A stretch of DNA of 64,000 nt from Perna viridis (taxonomy: Eukaryota), in contig CM074511.1 of assembly GCA_037379345.1 (NCBI GenBank), positions 9,052,001-9,116,000 of the forward strand. Direction: 5' to 3'. Of this stretch, positions 24,666-52,720 are shown piece after piece. The position numbers and the translations under genes were made by a program. Numbering within the stretch: the first letter of the stretch is position 1; every line of letters starts with the position of its first letter. Under the pieces are notes generated by a model that saw only the letters and a program-made list of their open reading frames with translations, was not told the origin of the DNA and searched no databases.

Positions 24666-27449
24666 TCAAAAAGTTCGATCCAGCTTTTTTAGGATATAAA
24701 CTAGGATGCACTTGATTTTTATGTGATAAAGTTGGATTTTTTTCTGCCCAATGTCTGTTATTTTCAAGGGTGCACTTGATTTGGTAGTGATCAATTGGAC
24801 TTAAATTTAACCAATGTATTTTTTTTCTCTAGCTTGCACCTGACCTTTGCCTTCACATTTTCTGTAATGTGAATTATCAATATTAATGACACATTGCTCC
24901 ATACCCTCTGCAAATGGTATTTTTTTACAGACATTCTGAATTTGTAGAAGTTGCAGTTTGAAAAAGGAAGTAACAAAATAGTTGTTCACAACCCTTAACA
25001 TCTTCCTTCACATTCAAGCTGCAATACTTTACTTCTGTTATCAATATGTACACAATCCTTTTCTTTGTGTTTGAAAGTGTGATTTGAGTAAGTTGAACCA
25101 AAAATAAATGAAGTGAAGCTATTCATAAAAGACAAAAATCAACTTACCTATTGGAAATACGTAAAACAAATAACAATGAGACAATGACTGGACTACAGGT
25201 TCCTGACTATGTTTCGGGGTTAAAAATGTTAATGAGTGCCAAACCCTCCCCAACATGAGACAGTGGTAGGAAAATATAACAAGAAAATAATCTTTGTCAA
25301 CTTTCAAATAAAACTTTATTTGGGACAAAATTAACAATGAACAACAAACTTCTATACAGTAGTATACGACCAATACTTCAAGGCAATATTTTAAATATAT
25401 GAATACCAAAGAGTTGTAGTTTTTGATTATGTCATCGAGCTGTATCCAATAATTATATTTTACATCTTAAATTTCTTTAACTAACATCCATGGATATGAC
25501 GAGCTTTATAAAGAATAGATAGCAGATACTTATTTCATCATCATAGCTAGTTATATAGACAATATGATTTGGAGTTGATAATTACTATGCACCATTTAAT
25601 ATTGAATTAAAAATACGTTTTTATCAAAAAGTGATCAAGATCTTGTTCTGAACTATATATTGCAAGAACTGTATAAAACAAATAAAAACTTACATATTTT
25701 GGAACAAATACAAATTTCATACAATTTAATAAATAATTAATACTTCAGTAAAAAATAATCAATTAAAATTTTTGGAAACAAGAATAAAAAAATTTGTACA
25801 AGAATTTGTACATAAACTGAGTATAAAGTTAATTTGTATCTTGTTCTTAAGATGACTTCCCATAAAAATTATGAAACTATGTATTGAAAAGTCAAATAAA
25901 TATTGCATGTAATTGTATTGTATGAAAATATGACAAGACATATTTGCACCAGGAGTAGAAGGAAGATGCCTTTACTGACACTACTTGGCATGATAATACT
26001 TAAAATTGCAAAGCAGTAATTTTTGAATTTACAGTAATTGCCTTCAACATACCAAGAATCTTAACCAGAAATTTCCACAGTCTTTTTTACAATACTAAAT
26101 CAATTTGTCTGGTAACACAAATATATTAAGTGTAAGTTTTTGTAAGAATCAGGCAAAATGGGAAAAATCAGAAACTTGAATGTCAAAACAATATTTTTTT
26201 GCTCAAGGATGCTTTCTCTATTTGAAAAGGCCATTATTTGATTTCTGCATCATTGAATTTGCTCAAAAATCTTTCAACAGAATGTTTGTAAAATAAATTT
26301 TTGGCAGAGTTATCTGCCCTTAAAATGTTTTCAGTCCATTTCAATGAAATTATAACTCAATTTACCGAAGTGATATGCAAAATCTTGTCTTTTTTTTCCT
26401 TGATTCTGATAGTGCAAATAGACAAATTAAGCTTTCAAAATGGTGGGTTTTTCATAACATGTTTCACCCACCGCCTGATTCTTACAGAAACTGACATTTA
26501 ATAAAAAACTTGAGCAGGAATAAACTTTCATATGACAATCACCACAATAATCCTTGAATCAGCATCTACTCAATAGAGTTATTGTATAGTTATTTTAATT
26601 ACATTGTAATTGACCATTTGATGATAGCAGCACATAATGTTTGTACTAAACATGTCTGATATAAATAATTGACTTCTGAGTACCAAGAATGCATGTACAT
26701 TTGTAAGTGTAGTATGGAGAACATAAAACATCAACTTACATGTAAAGATTTAAATCTGAAGTAGTAAAACAAATTTATAGCATTGGAATGTCAACCAATC
26801 CTGAGAGTAGTAACTTGTATTAAATGTGTAGTGGAGGATATACTACTTTGAGCAAATGGAAATTTCACATTAATTTCACAATATGAATTATTGTCCAGGC
26901 TTCGTAACAGTAATCTTACTTTAGATTGGTTTGTTATAAAAGTAAATAAAGCTGTAAAATACACTGATTATTACTGACACTATATAGACCTTAAAAGCAC
27001 ATATTAAAGTAGGATTTCATCATTCTAATGTCACTTAACTTGTTCAGTAACAAAAGTCTAGAATAAGGGAACAAAACTTTCTGTTAAAGTATAAAATTTT
27101 GCTAAGTTGTTACAGGTATCTGTATATCAAGGAGAGAAACAAACATTGTTTAAGTCAAAATTACACACAACTCACAATTCACAACACATTTCAGGTTAAA
27201 AATATACTAAAAATGTTTGATAAGCAGAATTTTGGCATTTCTCTTAAAAATATAACCCTAATTGCACCCAAATAACATTTATATTGCACCAATATTGTTT
27301 AAAAATCTATAAGCAAACTCCATAAACAGTATCATCTCATTTGATCAATATCAGTACATCAGTCAGTATTTTATAAACCACCATTCCACTTGCTGATACC
27401 ATTCCAGTGTTGAGGTACATATTGTAGTAGCTGCCTTTGTTTATCACAG

Positions 27450-41754
<14,305 letters not shown>

Positions 41755-42739
41755 TTATAGGACATTCTTATTTAATTCATATCGCTTTCTCATTTTAAAC
41801 TTCAAAGCATCAAGAAATCATTTATGACAGTAAGGACACAAAAAGACATTTTTCCAATACTTATGTTTTCTCCTTTTAGGTAGCGATATAGACAATAGCG
41901 TAGCTTGCCACAGAACTTTTAGTGTGTATAGAAGGTTTTTCAATCTAATGTTAACTGTAAGTGTTTCCCTCACTTAATCTATCCTAATATTGGAATATAG
42001 CAATAGATATAACAGGAGTATTATCAGTCTACTTCACAGAGCTGTTTGGGTCAATCACTGATTAATACAACTCTGGAAATAGTGTGACATATAGCGTCAT
42101 TGAATGCTCACCAAAGTTGCAAAAACATTTTATATGTGAAAATACTGTAACGAAATCTCATTATACTACTATAATAAGCTAATCTCCATTTAATGAAGAT
42201 TAAATTCCACAAGAACACTTCAATAAAAGAATTATAGACATCGTCTACAATGAATGAAAAGAACCCTAAGATTTTCTAACTTTTTCAAATAAGCCCCACA
42301 TCCATCAATATTGAAATTTTATAAGCAAATCATTGTTACTGATAATTGGACGCTCTGTCTGGTATATGATCCCACATAAAATCTGATAAAAGTAAATGTA
42401 CCAGTATATAAATGTTATGAAAGAAAAGCATCATGGGAAGTGAAATGACATCTGTGTGGATTACAGAAGGTAGTCTGACAACTGATGAACTTCAATTGTT
42501 TCTCCTCTAGATTCACAACATTTTTTAAAAAATTAATAGCAGCATAAGTTTCAATAGAATGTTCCAAGAATAAGGGTTTTACATCTAATGCACCATAAAT
42601 ACAACATCATGCAGTTCAGTCCCACAATGATCATAACACTATTATACAAAAAATGAAACATGTTTCCTTTCTATCCTTATTACATAATACAACTACAGGA
42701 CTGCTGTGACAATCATGAACAACAAGAAAATAAACTTAC

Positions 42740-42773
42740 TATGTCTTCTGTTCTCTTGCCATATTTGATCCAT
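42740..42773 (-). CDS. Candidate PFKFB alternative first coding exon (MDQIWQENRRH)
   Basis: ATG open to a phase-1 GTAAGT donor. Confidence 0.35.
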
Positions 42774-45335
42774 AAGCACATATATGAAATCAATAGTCTT
42801 ACAATTACATTCTAAATTCCATTAAATGTCAAGGCAGACATGAATCCGGAAAATTCCAGTCATTGACAAACCTCCATGGCCTTCAACTACATTAAACAAT
42901 GTATTTTACGATTTCATACAATGAAAGTTAAATATAGGTTGACCACAACATGCCTTATAAATGTTTTTGATGTATTGTTACAAGAATAAGATTTTAACCA
43001 AGACAACCTAAAGCTATGTACATTCAGGTAGCTTTCAGGTCAAATTCACTGAACTGATTTTATGCCAACACAAAACATTGGTAAATGATTTGATCTAATA
43101 CAGACATATGTGTAGTTTCTGTGTACATACAAACATTTCAAACTCAAACACAATAAGGCCAACAATCAATATACATACATCATGTGGCCTCCAGAATTTT
43201 CTTTTAATTCAATCATGCTTAAAAATTTACCAATAAGTTATTAAATAAAATTTTAAATAAAGCAAGACTACATATCATCTTGTGACAAAAGCAAAATAAA
43301 AGTTCTGTTTTATTCTCCATCCCTTAATCTATTTTGAGAATGAACTGAAAGAAAATATCCTTTAATACTAAAGATTGATTAGAAATATTTTTGTCACATA
43401 TAGACAAGCTAAGCTCTATGCCAAAGACTAAATAAAACTGATGAAAATACTCTTGGTATGTTTATTTGTTACCTAAAGAGTAATGTGACAGACTACCCAT
43501 ATACTAAATTTAGGTTGCAAACAGCTAATTCAACCAATGAGCATTTGGAATGTACATAAAAATAGTCCTACGCAGAAATTACCTCCTGTTTCTAAAAGTG
43601 CAGTGAAAAAAGTTCTCATCTAAATTCAAAAACTGAAACTGTTTCTGAAAGGAAAAACATTTCAGTACATTTTAAAAGTGCATTTTTCTTCTTGTGCAGT
43701 AAAGCCTAATCTCCATAATGACTTCAAAATAAAGCCCTATCTTGTGAAAACACTGGGATTTCCCGTGCCATTTATAGACCCTTCATTTCCTGTGACCAGT
43801 GCTGCACTGCAAGTCTGCTAAACCCACATGCTATTCTGAGGATTGTTAGCTGGCATATGTAGAATCTTGCTGATATATAGTCCTCTGCAGGTTAAATTTA
43901 AGTCAAGAGAAGCCACAGAGTATTGTAAAATTAGCACTGAAGCTTATAGGAATGGGAATTAGTGGTTTCTAGCCTAAACTTAAGCTAAACAAGATTTATA
44001 CAAAACTGATGCACTGTTTTGTACTACATGTACCTGGTTGAAAACATAAAATGGCAGATATTTCCTTTTTTTTTTCAATTGTACAGCATGATGTACAGTG
44101 AAAACAAAATACCACTGTACCGAAGAAACATCCTGTAAAAATGCCTTTGGTCCAACGGAAATTTTTGATTTTTTGGTTGGCTAAATAAGAGAAAAGTACA
44201 AATTTGAGATTCAGTCCGGTATTTTCTGTGTACACTGTGATGTACACGTATGAAGTAAGTATCAACCTTTATCCAACCTGTACCCAGGATTCTGTTAGGA
44301 TGTGTGTTGGGTTAATAAAGCCACAGAAAAAAATTTCTGTTTGACGTTACCCTACTGACCCTATTTTTTCTGCCTAAGCTAGCACTTTTTATTAGAATTG
44401 TCATTAAACTATAATTCTTCAGGTGAGCTTTATTTTAAAACTAAAATTATTTTATCTACCAACCTTAAAAAGACATATGCTGTTTTCTTGGCCTAATCAA
44501 AAAAAATTCAAGATGAAAATCTCTGTCTTTTCTTAAAAAAAAAAAAACAATTTGAAAGTTGATTACCGGTAATTTATGAAAAATAGGTAGTGTGCTTGCA
44601 ACCATCACAACTCCCAAGTGAAGGGACTTTTTCATCTCACTAACTGTGGCATACTATACTGATCGGAAAAGAAAAAACACAAATGCTCCTGACTAAGTTT
44701 AAGATAGCTTCCAATATAAAAGAACTGGTTAAAATTCAAGGCCCAAGGTCCATCAAGCCAACATTTCAAGTCTTTCATAAAATATCTGTATTAATAGTAG
44801 ATGATGTGACCCAAAGTTCTGAGACCTCATTAATTTTAGCATCTAACAAAACAGAAAACTTCAATAAAGTACATAACAAATAATTGAAGTATTGGAGCTG
44901 ATTTTATATGTTAATACCAGATTCAAACAAGGTGAACTTTCTGCTTAGAAAATGAAATGTTAATGATCATCTCTATCATAATAAACAAGAACAAGAACCT
45001 GTTTGAAAAAATTGTGATTAGAAACAAAAAATGTTAACACCCTATCTCAAATGTTTTATTACTAAGTGCCATTTTCTGTCAGAATCATGCAGTTGGTTAA
45101 TCATGATGAGAAAAAAAAAACAAAGCTTTCCATGATATCCTATTTAAAATGGTATCTGAAATGCAGAAATGACATTCATTTCTTGTTTAAGTGTCAGTAA
45201 TTCAAGGTATATATACGATGAAATGCATTCCAATTTCATCCTCGAAGGGAGATAACTCTCTTTTCCTCTGATTATCATTCTATTGTAACTTCAAACCTAC
45301 TTATCTGCATCTTCTGACACTGTTAAAACAACCAG

Positions 45336-45488
45336 CAGGAGTGGATCCAGACACTTGCCAGGGTTTCCTCAGAAAACAAGGGGGTGCTAGGTCATTATTT
45401 AAAATTTTATGTCAATTTTACACATGAAAATGACAAATTTTCCAATAATAAGGAGTGCCAACCCCTGCACCCCCTGGATCTGCCACTG
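45336..45488. mobile_element. About 150-bp MITE with imperfect TIRs
   Basis: CAGGAGTGGATCCAG...CTGGATCTGCCACTG; no clear TSD. Confidence 0.65.
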
Positions 45489-45973
45489 AACAGACTCTTA
45501 ATTCTTCTTCAACAGACATTAAACAATGTGCCCACATTGTCAATTTATGTGTTTTATTCTGAGCATGATTCGTTATTTTTCAATTCTGCCTTATTCTTAC
45601 AAATTCCAGCACTTTTAAAATTGAAAAAAAACCTTCATTATCCATGATGTAATAATAAACAGCTGCTGTTCTATGATTCCAATTAAAATATGCAAAACAC
45701 ATTTATTTAACACGAAATTTATTCTTATATCAGAAAATCAATGATGGTCTGTTCAAAAGTATATTTTAAGGTTTTTTTTAAATTGAAAAATTATTATTCT
45801 CTATTTACGAGATTTTTAATACACAATACTAAAAGTTAAAAAGAAACTTTTGTAAAATACACAATATAAATTGTTATCTATCTTATCTATCTTATATCAA
45901 CTTAAGTATGATTAAACATCCAACCTATCTTAACCAAACCCTACAAACTATACTGTGATGGTTGATGTTTGGT

Positions 45974-46193
45974 TTACACAGGTTAAATTACACTGTCATA
46001 CAGAGAGACTTCAGATATAATTCATTTACACAGGTTAAAATGCACTGCCATAGAGAGTGACTTCAGACATAATTCATTTACACAGGTTAAAATGCACTGT
46101 TATACAGAGAGACTTCAGATATAATTCATTTACACAGGTTAAAATGCACTGTCATACAGAGAGACTTCAGACATAACTCATTTACACAGGTTA
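45974..46193. repeat. 52-bp tandem repeat, about 4 copies
   Basis: TTACACAGGTTAAAATGCACTGTCATACAGAGAGACTTCAGA(C/T)ATAATTCAT units at 45974, 46026, 46078 and 46130. Confidence 0.93.
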
Positions 46194-46423
46194 CACTTTA
46201 AAAGTTTGACTTTTATAAATTAACTGTACATTCACACAATTTTCTCACATATATAGCATACATGTACCAAATGGCAGATTTAAGACAAATGTTTACAAGT
46301 AATACAATGATATAATACAATAATATCTAGAGAAGATGATGTGATGTGAGAAATGTTTTAAGCTGCTTTAAAGAAGGCGCATCACTTAAGATTACAGAGA
46401 ATATGATGTATATGAGATCCTAC

Positions 46424-46466
46424 CTGAACCCCACCAATGAGAACTATGTCCATTTACTGCTGCCAT
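46424..46466 (-). CDS. Candidate PFKFB alternative first coding exon (MAAVNGHSSHWWGS)
   Basis: GTTATGG start context; CAG|GTAGGA phase-1 donor. Confidence 0.4.
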
Positions 46467-47359
46467 AACCTCCAGAACTGCACTATCCTCAGATTGGTGA
46501 CCTAAATATTGACCTTCAACTCTACTATTTGTCAACAGTACGTGAGTTATGTTACACACAAAAGATCTAAAATAAGCTGTTTATCAAATAATCTGCTATA
46601 TCTGACTTAAGTAATTATCACTTTTCTCTTTGTAATGCCAATTATACATGAAGTGGTAAAAAATTGACTTCCTTGCCAAATTACAGGTACAATTCTTCTT
46701 GAAAGGCACATATTCCTCATACAGAAAGATCATAAGGTACATTAGTTACATGGCTTCTCAAGGATCAAACATTATATAGATATCATAAACCTGTTACATA
46801 GTTACTGCATTATTTATAAGTCTCTGAAATCATATACATGTATGTACTTGTATTGATGAGAACTTTATAGTTAACAGATTAATAAGTTCATGATTTAGGG
46901 AAAACTATTCAAGTTCACTGATGCATTCCTGTAATGAATTTCATGCTCTACATGCATGAAGTGTAGGTATCAGCTTGGGTAGACATAATTCTTGACTAAT
47001 CCCACAAAAGTGTTGTCATTTTATAGAACTGTATTACATAAGTTTCCAACCGCATGTAAAGAGCTGAATATGATGACTAAAACATCTCCTTACTGCTTAG
47101 AGTTTGGAAAATATGAAGTTTACATACATATAGGAACTACATGTAGTAGAATTCAGATATCATACAGTCTATTTCAGGAAAAAGGGATTGAGTGAGTGAT
47201 ATCAGTTCAATAACCTTTGTTGAAAATATTTTTGTCACTTGCTATGGGAAATCTATAACACTGACTTAAACATACATGTAATCCATTTACGTTAGTTGTT
47301 TGCATTCCTATTTTGCACACAAAAATTAAACATGTAACTGATATAAGAAAACCTCTTAC

Positions 47360-47384
47360 CTGTATCCATTTTTTTTAGATCCAT
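47360..47384 (-). CDS. Candidate PFKFB alternative first coding exon (MDLKKMDT)
   Basis: AAAATGG start context; CAG|GTAAGA phase-1 donor. Confidence 0.4.
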
Positions 47385-48663
47385 TTTATACCTCTTAGGA
47401 GGAAAACAAAGTAAGCTGTGTGTTACACTCAACTTAGTAGACTGGGGATATTTTAAGTTAAAAGTAGATTGATGATGCAACCCACAACTCCTCAGGCATC
47501 AGATGGCCTTTTATACATCCTCAAAAAACAGGACATGATATTTTTTAAACCAGAAATCCTATTAATTACAATGTTGTGTGGACTTGATCTAAAATCTAGA
47601 CTGGATAAGTTAGAGACAAAGGAATTAAGTAAGTTATTTCTATTAAGATACATTTAGAAGTCTTTTCAATTGTCCTGCAATTTCTAAGGGCATTACTTGG
47701 AAAAATTAAATTGGTTTAAATGAACTACCATATTCATTATACGTTCAATAAACCCAGTACATTTATAATTGCTAAATCGTAAATGATACAAAGAAAACAT
47801 AAGTCTATTGTCCCAGGTAAAAATCAACTATATCGACCAAAATTATAAATAATTCACCAAAAACTTCAAGAGTAACAGTTCTGGAGCAATCAGTACAAAT
47901 TACAGAGAGAAAAAAGCTTGAATAATGGATACTTTTAATACTTTATAAAAATTAATGCCATATGTTATAATTAATACAACAAAATAACCCCATCCCACTC
48001 CCCACCCTAAAGAAATGTCCAAGTGACAAAGATGCTCTCACCTTCCCTAAACAGAACAAGGAACAGGAGATGGATGAATCACTTAGCAAACATCTAATAC
48101 ATAATAAAATCAATCAAGTTGTAGCTTTACTACGATTTCTCACTTCATATTTCAAATCATTCCCATGCAGGGTTGCTGCGATTTTTGAGTCAACAAATTA
48201 CAAACAACAATGAACCATTCAGCATGAAGCTGCGTACCAAGTCTGAAATCACTTCCAAGAAGGGATGCTGATTGGACAAACAATCACTAGGTAAAACTTA
48301 AAGCCCCTCACACTTAAAAGGGGCTTGAAAGTATGTCTGACAAACTAAGAAAAGTATAAAAGAGCATCCTTCATTTGTATCAAAAACTCTTTTCCGTCAA
48401 TTATTATTTTGCATCAATCTATTTTCCTATAAATTACGAAGTTAAATTGCCCTAAAGAATAACGTGCTTATTTGTGCTAATATAAGGGGACAAATAAGTC
48501 TGTCTTATTACAATAATAAAGAGCTTTGTGGAGTGCAGCATGATACAACTGCAGCATGTATAATGCCATTCACTTAAGGCAAAAGTGGACACAATATTAG
48601 TTGTTGACACACACAAGCATAGGGACTTACAATTCATTATAGACCCAACAACTGGTTTGGACC

Positions 48664-48903
48664 ATATACACCTCAATATAGGTGGTACAAAAGACAGGTA
48701 TTGGTTACATATACACCTGAATATAGGTAGTACAAAAGACAGGTTAATGGTATTGGTTATATATACACCTGAATATAGGTAGTACAAAAGACAGGTTACT
48801 GGTATTGGTTATATATACACCTGAATATAGGTAGTACAAATGACAGGTATTGGTTAAATATACATCTCAATATATGTAGTACAAAAAACAGGTACTGGTT
48901 ATA
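48664..48903. repeat. About 45/55-bp tandem repeat, 5 copies (ATATACACCTGAATATAGGTAGTACAAAAGACAGGTATTGGTT)
   Basis: Direct reading; explains ORFs 48452..48787 and 48585..48782. Confidence 0.9.
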
Positions 48904-50893
48904 CTATAAAGCAAAAAGAGATATATAAATCTTATTGAATCTGCAGACGGGGCTTTTCATAAGGAATCCAATCAAGAACCAAAAAAAATTCAAAAAGATC
49001 AGGTAATTTTTACTCAACTTATCATAAATAAACTTAAGTTAACAGACGCCAACAGCAATGCCGCAACCAACAATGTCAACAGGGCGACACTATTATACAA
49101 TCTGAAAAAAAATTTTGTGGTTGTATGAAAAGTAATTTTTTGGGGTATGGACCTTTTGAACCCCTTATAACTCCCAACCCTTAAGAGATATCTGAAATCT
49201 GCTTGAAAAACACATGCAGGGGAAAAAATTTCAGCAGTAGTTTAAAGACTCCCAACATTAAGTGCAGACCTTGGAATTTGAAGTTAAAATATGATAGATA
49301 CATTTTTTCTCCAAAATTCAGAATTTGTGCCCATTAACAACAATAACAGGGTTAGTCCATTCAACTACCTTGGCCACAGAACCTAGTTGCTCTGAGCCGT
49401 GAGCGGCCAGGGTTCTGAGTGTTTTTTAGTCACCTTTTACCACAAGCATAGCACTGCTGCAGGCTTACTTTTTCACACTCACACCTGCATGGGGCAGATC
49501 CATTAGAGCTATGCTTATTCTTGAAACATCTCCCATCCTTTACCTTAGCTATGTCAACAATCTTAAATCTGCAACCAATTATCTAAAATCTTCAGGTTTT
49601 AAAATTCTTTTGGATATTAGCCATTGAATAAACCATAGGTTTGTAGCAATAAAGAAATTAAAGGGCCATTGTCCTAACAACTAAGATCTTGGCATTACCC
49701 ACTATGTTTTTACCATATTTCATTTGAGAAGCTGTATGTAAAACCTAATACTATGTTGTGAACTTGAGTAAATCAAATGCTACTCAAAAATGAAAAAAAA
49801 AACACAATTAGTCATGAAGAGATTAGTTTTGACAGATTTTATAATAGGTTTGTATATTTTCCCTTTTCTACTGTACGTCAATTTTAAGGACCTCTTGATC
49901 ATAATTTTCAAAGCAATAGGATTCTGTTTGTAAAGTAAAGATACTACTGAACTTCTAAATAGACAAAAGGAAAAGAGACAAAAATGAAAACTTACCATAA
50001 ATGAAACAAGGCATTTTCAATTTAAATAAATCACATGTTATAATTGTTAACAAGGTACTTTTACACTATCTAAATCCAAATATATTACATTTTAATACAT
50101 ATTATGCCACTACTTTTTATCAACAACATAAAGTACACTTTAAATATGCTTTGTATATGTTCCACTGACCAAATTAGGCATGTCAAAAATGAATGTCAAT
50201 TGAGTACACATCATAACCATGAAGGTGATTAGAAGGTTACCACTCAGAAAGACAGATGAGTCCTTCTATCAAAGTACTTTAAAAACCTAATGCAAATCAA
50301 TTATTAGATATCAATTTTTCCATCTAAATAGTAATTTACAATTATTTATTTAAAAATTAAACTACCCACAGTTGTTATTTTGCTTTATTATATAACCACT
50401 ACATGTCATTTGTACTACCTATATTCAGGTGTATTAAATAGATGACACAAGGATATTCTCAAGGATAAATTCAAACCATTCCTTTGCATGTGAATAACAC
50501 ACCTTATAACACACATTGACAATGTGATTTACATTTTAAACATGAATATATCCGGTATCAATACATGTAATTATTTAAACTAGAATTTCTGTGAGCAAGC
50601 TCATAATGAGAATACTCCTCACTTCCATGGAGTTTAAAGTTAAACCCTTCTGCTGGATTATCTCCCTTTGGAGTTCTCTGACAATAATCATATTCTTTCA
50701 GACACATGACATCTATATTAATATCCAACATTCCTAAAAAAATTCATTGAGCAGTGTCAAACTATGAAATATACTGAAGTTGATTCATAGTTCACTGTAA
50801 ATGAAATTTCTTTGAAATGTTGGAATATAGATGTGCATGAAAGAAAATAATTGTCACAGGACTCCAAAGGGAGATAATTCAACTTAAGGGTTG

Positions 50894-51354
50894 GGTCTCA
50901 CTAACCACTTCCGGGTCAAATGGCCACCCCCCTATGTAGTACCAAAAACACACTGAACCTAGACATATGCATTGTAAGTGCATTATTTGTGTGTATTATG
51001 ATTAAAAGTAGTCAAAATAAAGCTGAGAATGTGTACTTTAAAATCATATATGTAATTAACTACAAAAGTGTATGAATATTGTTTACATGTGTGTGAGTAA
51101 TTTGCCTCCATGCTGTCAGTTAGCAGACAGGTAAAAATGTGGATTTTCAGTATTATTTATTCAAGTAAATTTTGTGAAGAAGTTCTACTATGATCGTACA
51201 ATTAGCATAATGATTTTGGAAGCCTTATTTTCCAAGCTTCGCAACGGTATGCAGCTTTAAGATGTCATTTGTCCTGGGAATTCACAGTGAGACTTTGAAA
51301 ATTACTTTTTTAACATGTAAAGTAATGGAAACGTTAGAAGTGGTTAGTGAGACC
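50894..51354. mobile_element. 461-bp element with perfect 18-bp terminal inverted repeats, copy 1
   Basis: GGTCTCACTAACCACTTC...GAAGTGGTTAGTGAGACC. Confidence 0.85.
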
Positions 51355-51941
51355 ATAAATTAAATTATGGCATATTTCAGAGAAATGCATAATTTGAGGA
51401 AAATTGCCTTTCCTGGTCATTATTTCCATTTTCCCATAAAATCAGTATAGTGATATTGGTAATCTGACTATATTTTAAGAGGTGCATTGTGCAAGGTATT
51501 TTAAAAAACAACATAGCAACAAGATTTTTATCAGTAACAGTGACTCATAACTTGACGTCATCCATGAAATACACAACGTCACTGCTTGGGATATTCAAAG
51601 TACTCAAATAGTCACACAGCACAGACTAAGAATCACACATTAATGAAATAGGTATGATATAAATTGTTGAAATCTGTTCTTTTTTCATAATGATAAATGA
51701 TATTTACTATTACAACTTCTTGAATTATCATAGGTATCAATTTGGTGTGACAAATTAGTTAAAATTGTAATTTTTTAGTAATTTAAGGAAAATATCACTG
51801 AGGGGCATGATATAAAAATGACCATTTCTTTGTAGTCCTATGTCTGATTTTGGTAGTTTTGGTCTTATTAGACTCACAATACCACAAGCTTTCAAAAAAT
51901 GTAAAAAAAGAAAAACATAAAAACTCATAAAATGTTTTTAA

Positions 51942-52313
51942 GGTCTCACTAACCACTTCCGGGTCAAATGGCCACCCCCCCTATGTAGTACCAAAAACAC
52001 ACTGAACCTAGACATATGCATTGTAAGTGCATTATTTGTGTGTATTATGATTAAAAGTAGTCAAAATAAAGCTGAGAATGTGTACTTTAAAATCATATAT
52101 GTAATTAACTACAAAAGTGTATGAATATTGTTTACATGTGTGTGAGTAATTTGCCTCCATGCTGTCAGTTAGCAGACAGGTAAAAATGTGGATTTTCAGT
52201 ATTATTTATTCAAGTAAATTTTGTGAAGAAGTTCTACTATGATCGTACCATTAGCATAATGATTTTGGAAGCCTTATTTTCCAAGCTTCGCAACGGTATG
52301 CAGCTTTAAGATG
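51942..52313. mobile_element. Same element, copy 2 (direct orientation, 3'-truncated, nearly identical)
   Basis: Only two differences from copy 1 seen over about 370 bp. Confidence 0.9.
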
Positions 52314-52524
52314 ACAGTGATGCCAAACCTACCTATAGAATTTCATCAAAATCCCTTGAGCAGTTTAGAAGTGCTTACAAGGTACAAACATTAAAAAACT
52401 TTTAGTTGCACTATCTTCCTTTAAAGTTCTCCAACAGTTACTTTATTCCTTCATGCACATCTGCATATGTATGTAAACCTTCCTATAAAGTTTCATCAAA
52501 ATTACTTAAGCCGTTTACGAGTTG

Positions 52525-52720
52525 GGTCTCATTAACCACTTCTAAAGTTTCCATTACTTTACATGTTAAAAAAGTAATTTTCAGAGTTTCACTGTGAATT
52601 CCGAGGACAAATGACATCTTAAAGTTGCATACCATTGCGACGCTTGGAAAAAAAGGCTTTCAAAACCATTATGCTAATGGTACAATGATAGAAGAAATTC
52701 TTCACAAAATTTACTTGAAT
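52525..52720. mobile_element. Same element, copy 3 (inverted, more diverged, right end only)
   Basis: Reverse complement of about 51160-51354. Confidence 0.85.

Noticed and set aside
20550-27400. Short 60-96 aa ORFs between the two genes
   Set aside because: Low-complexity F/L/I/K composition with no domains or splice support; consistent with UTR or intergenic sequence.
46539-46544. TACGTG hypoxia-response-like motif near a candidate PFKFB first exon
   Set aside because: A single hexamer is expected by chance at this scale.
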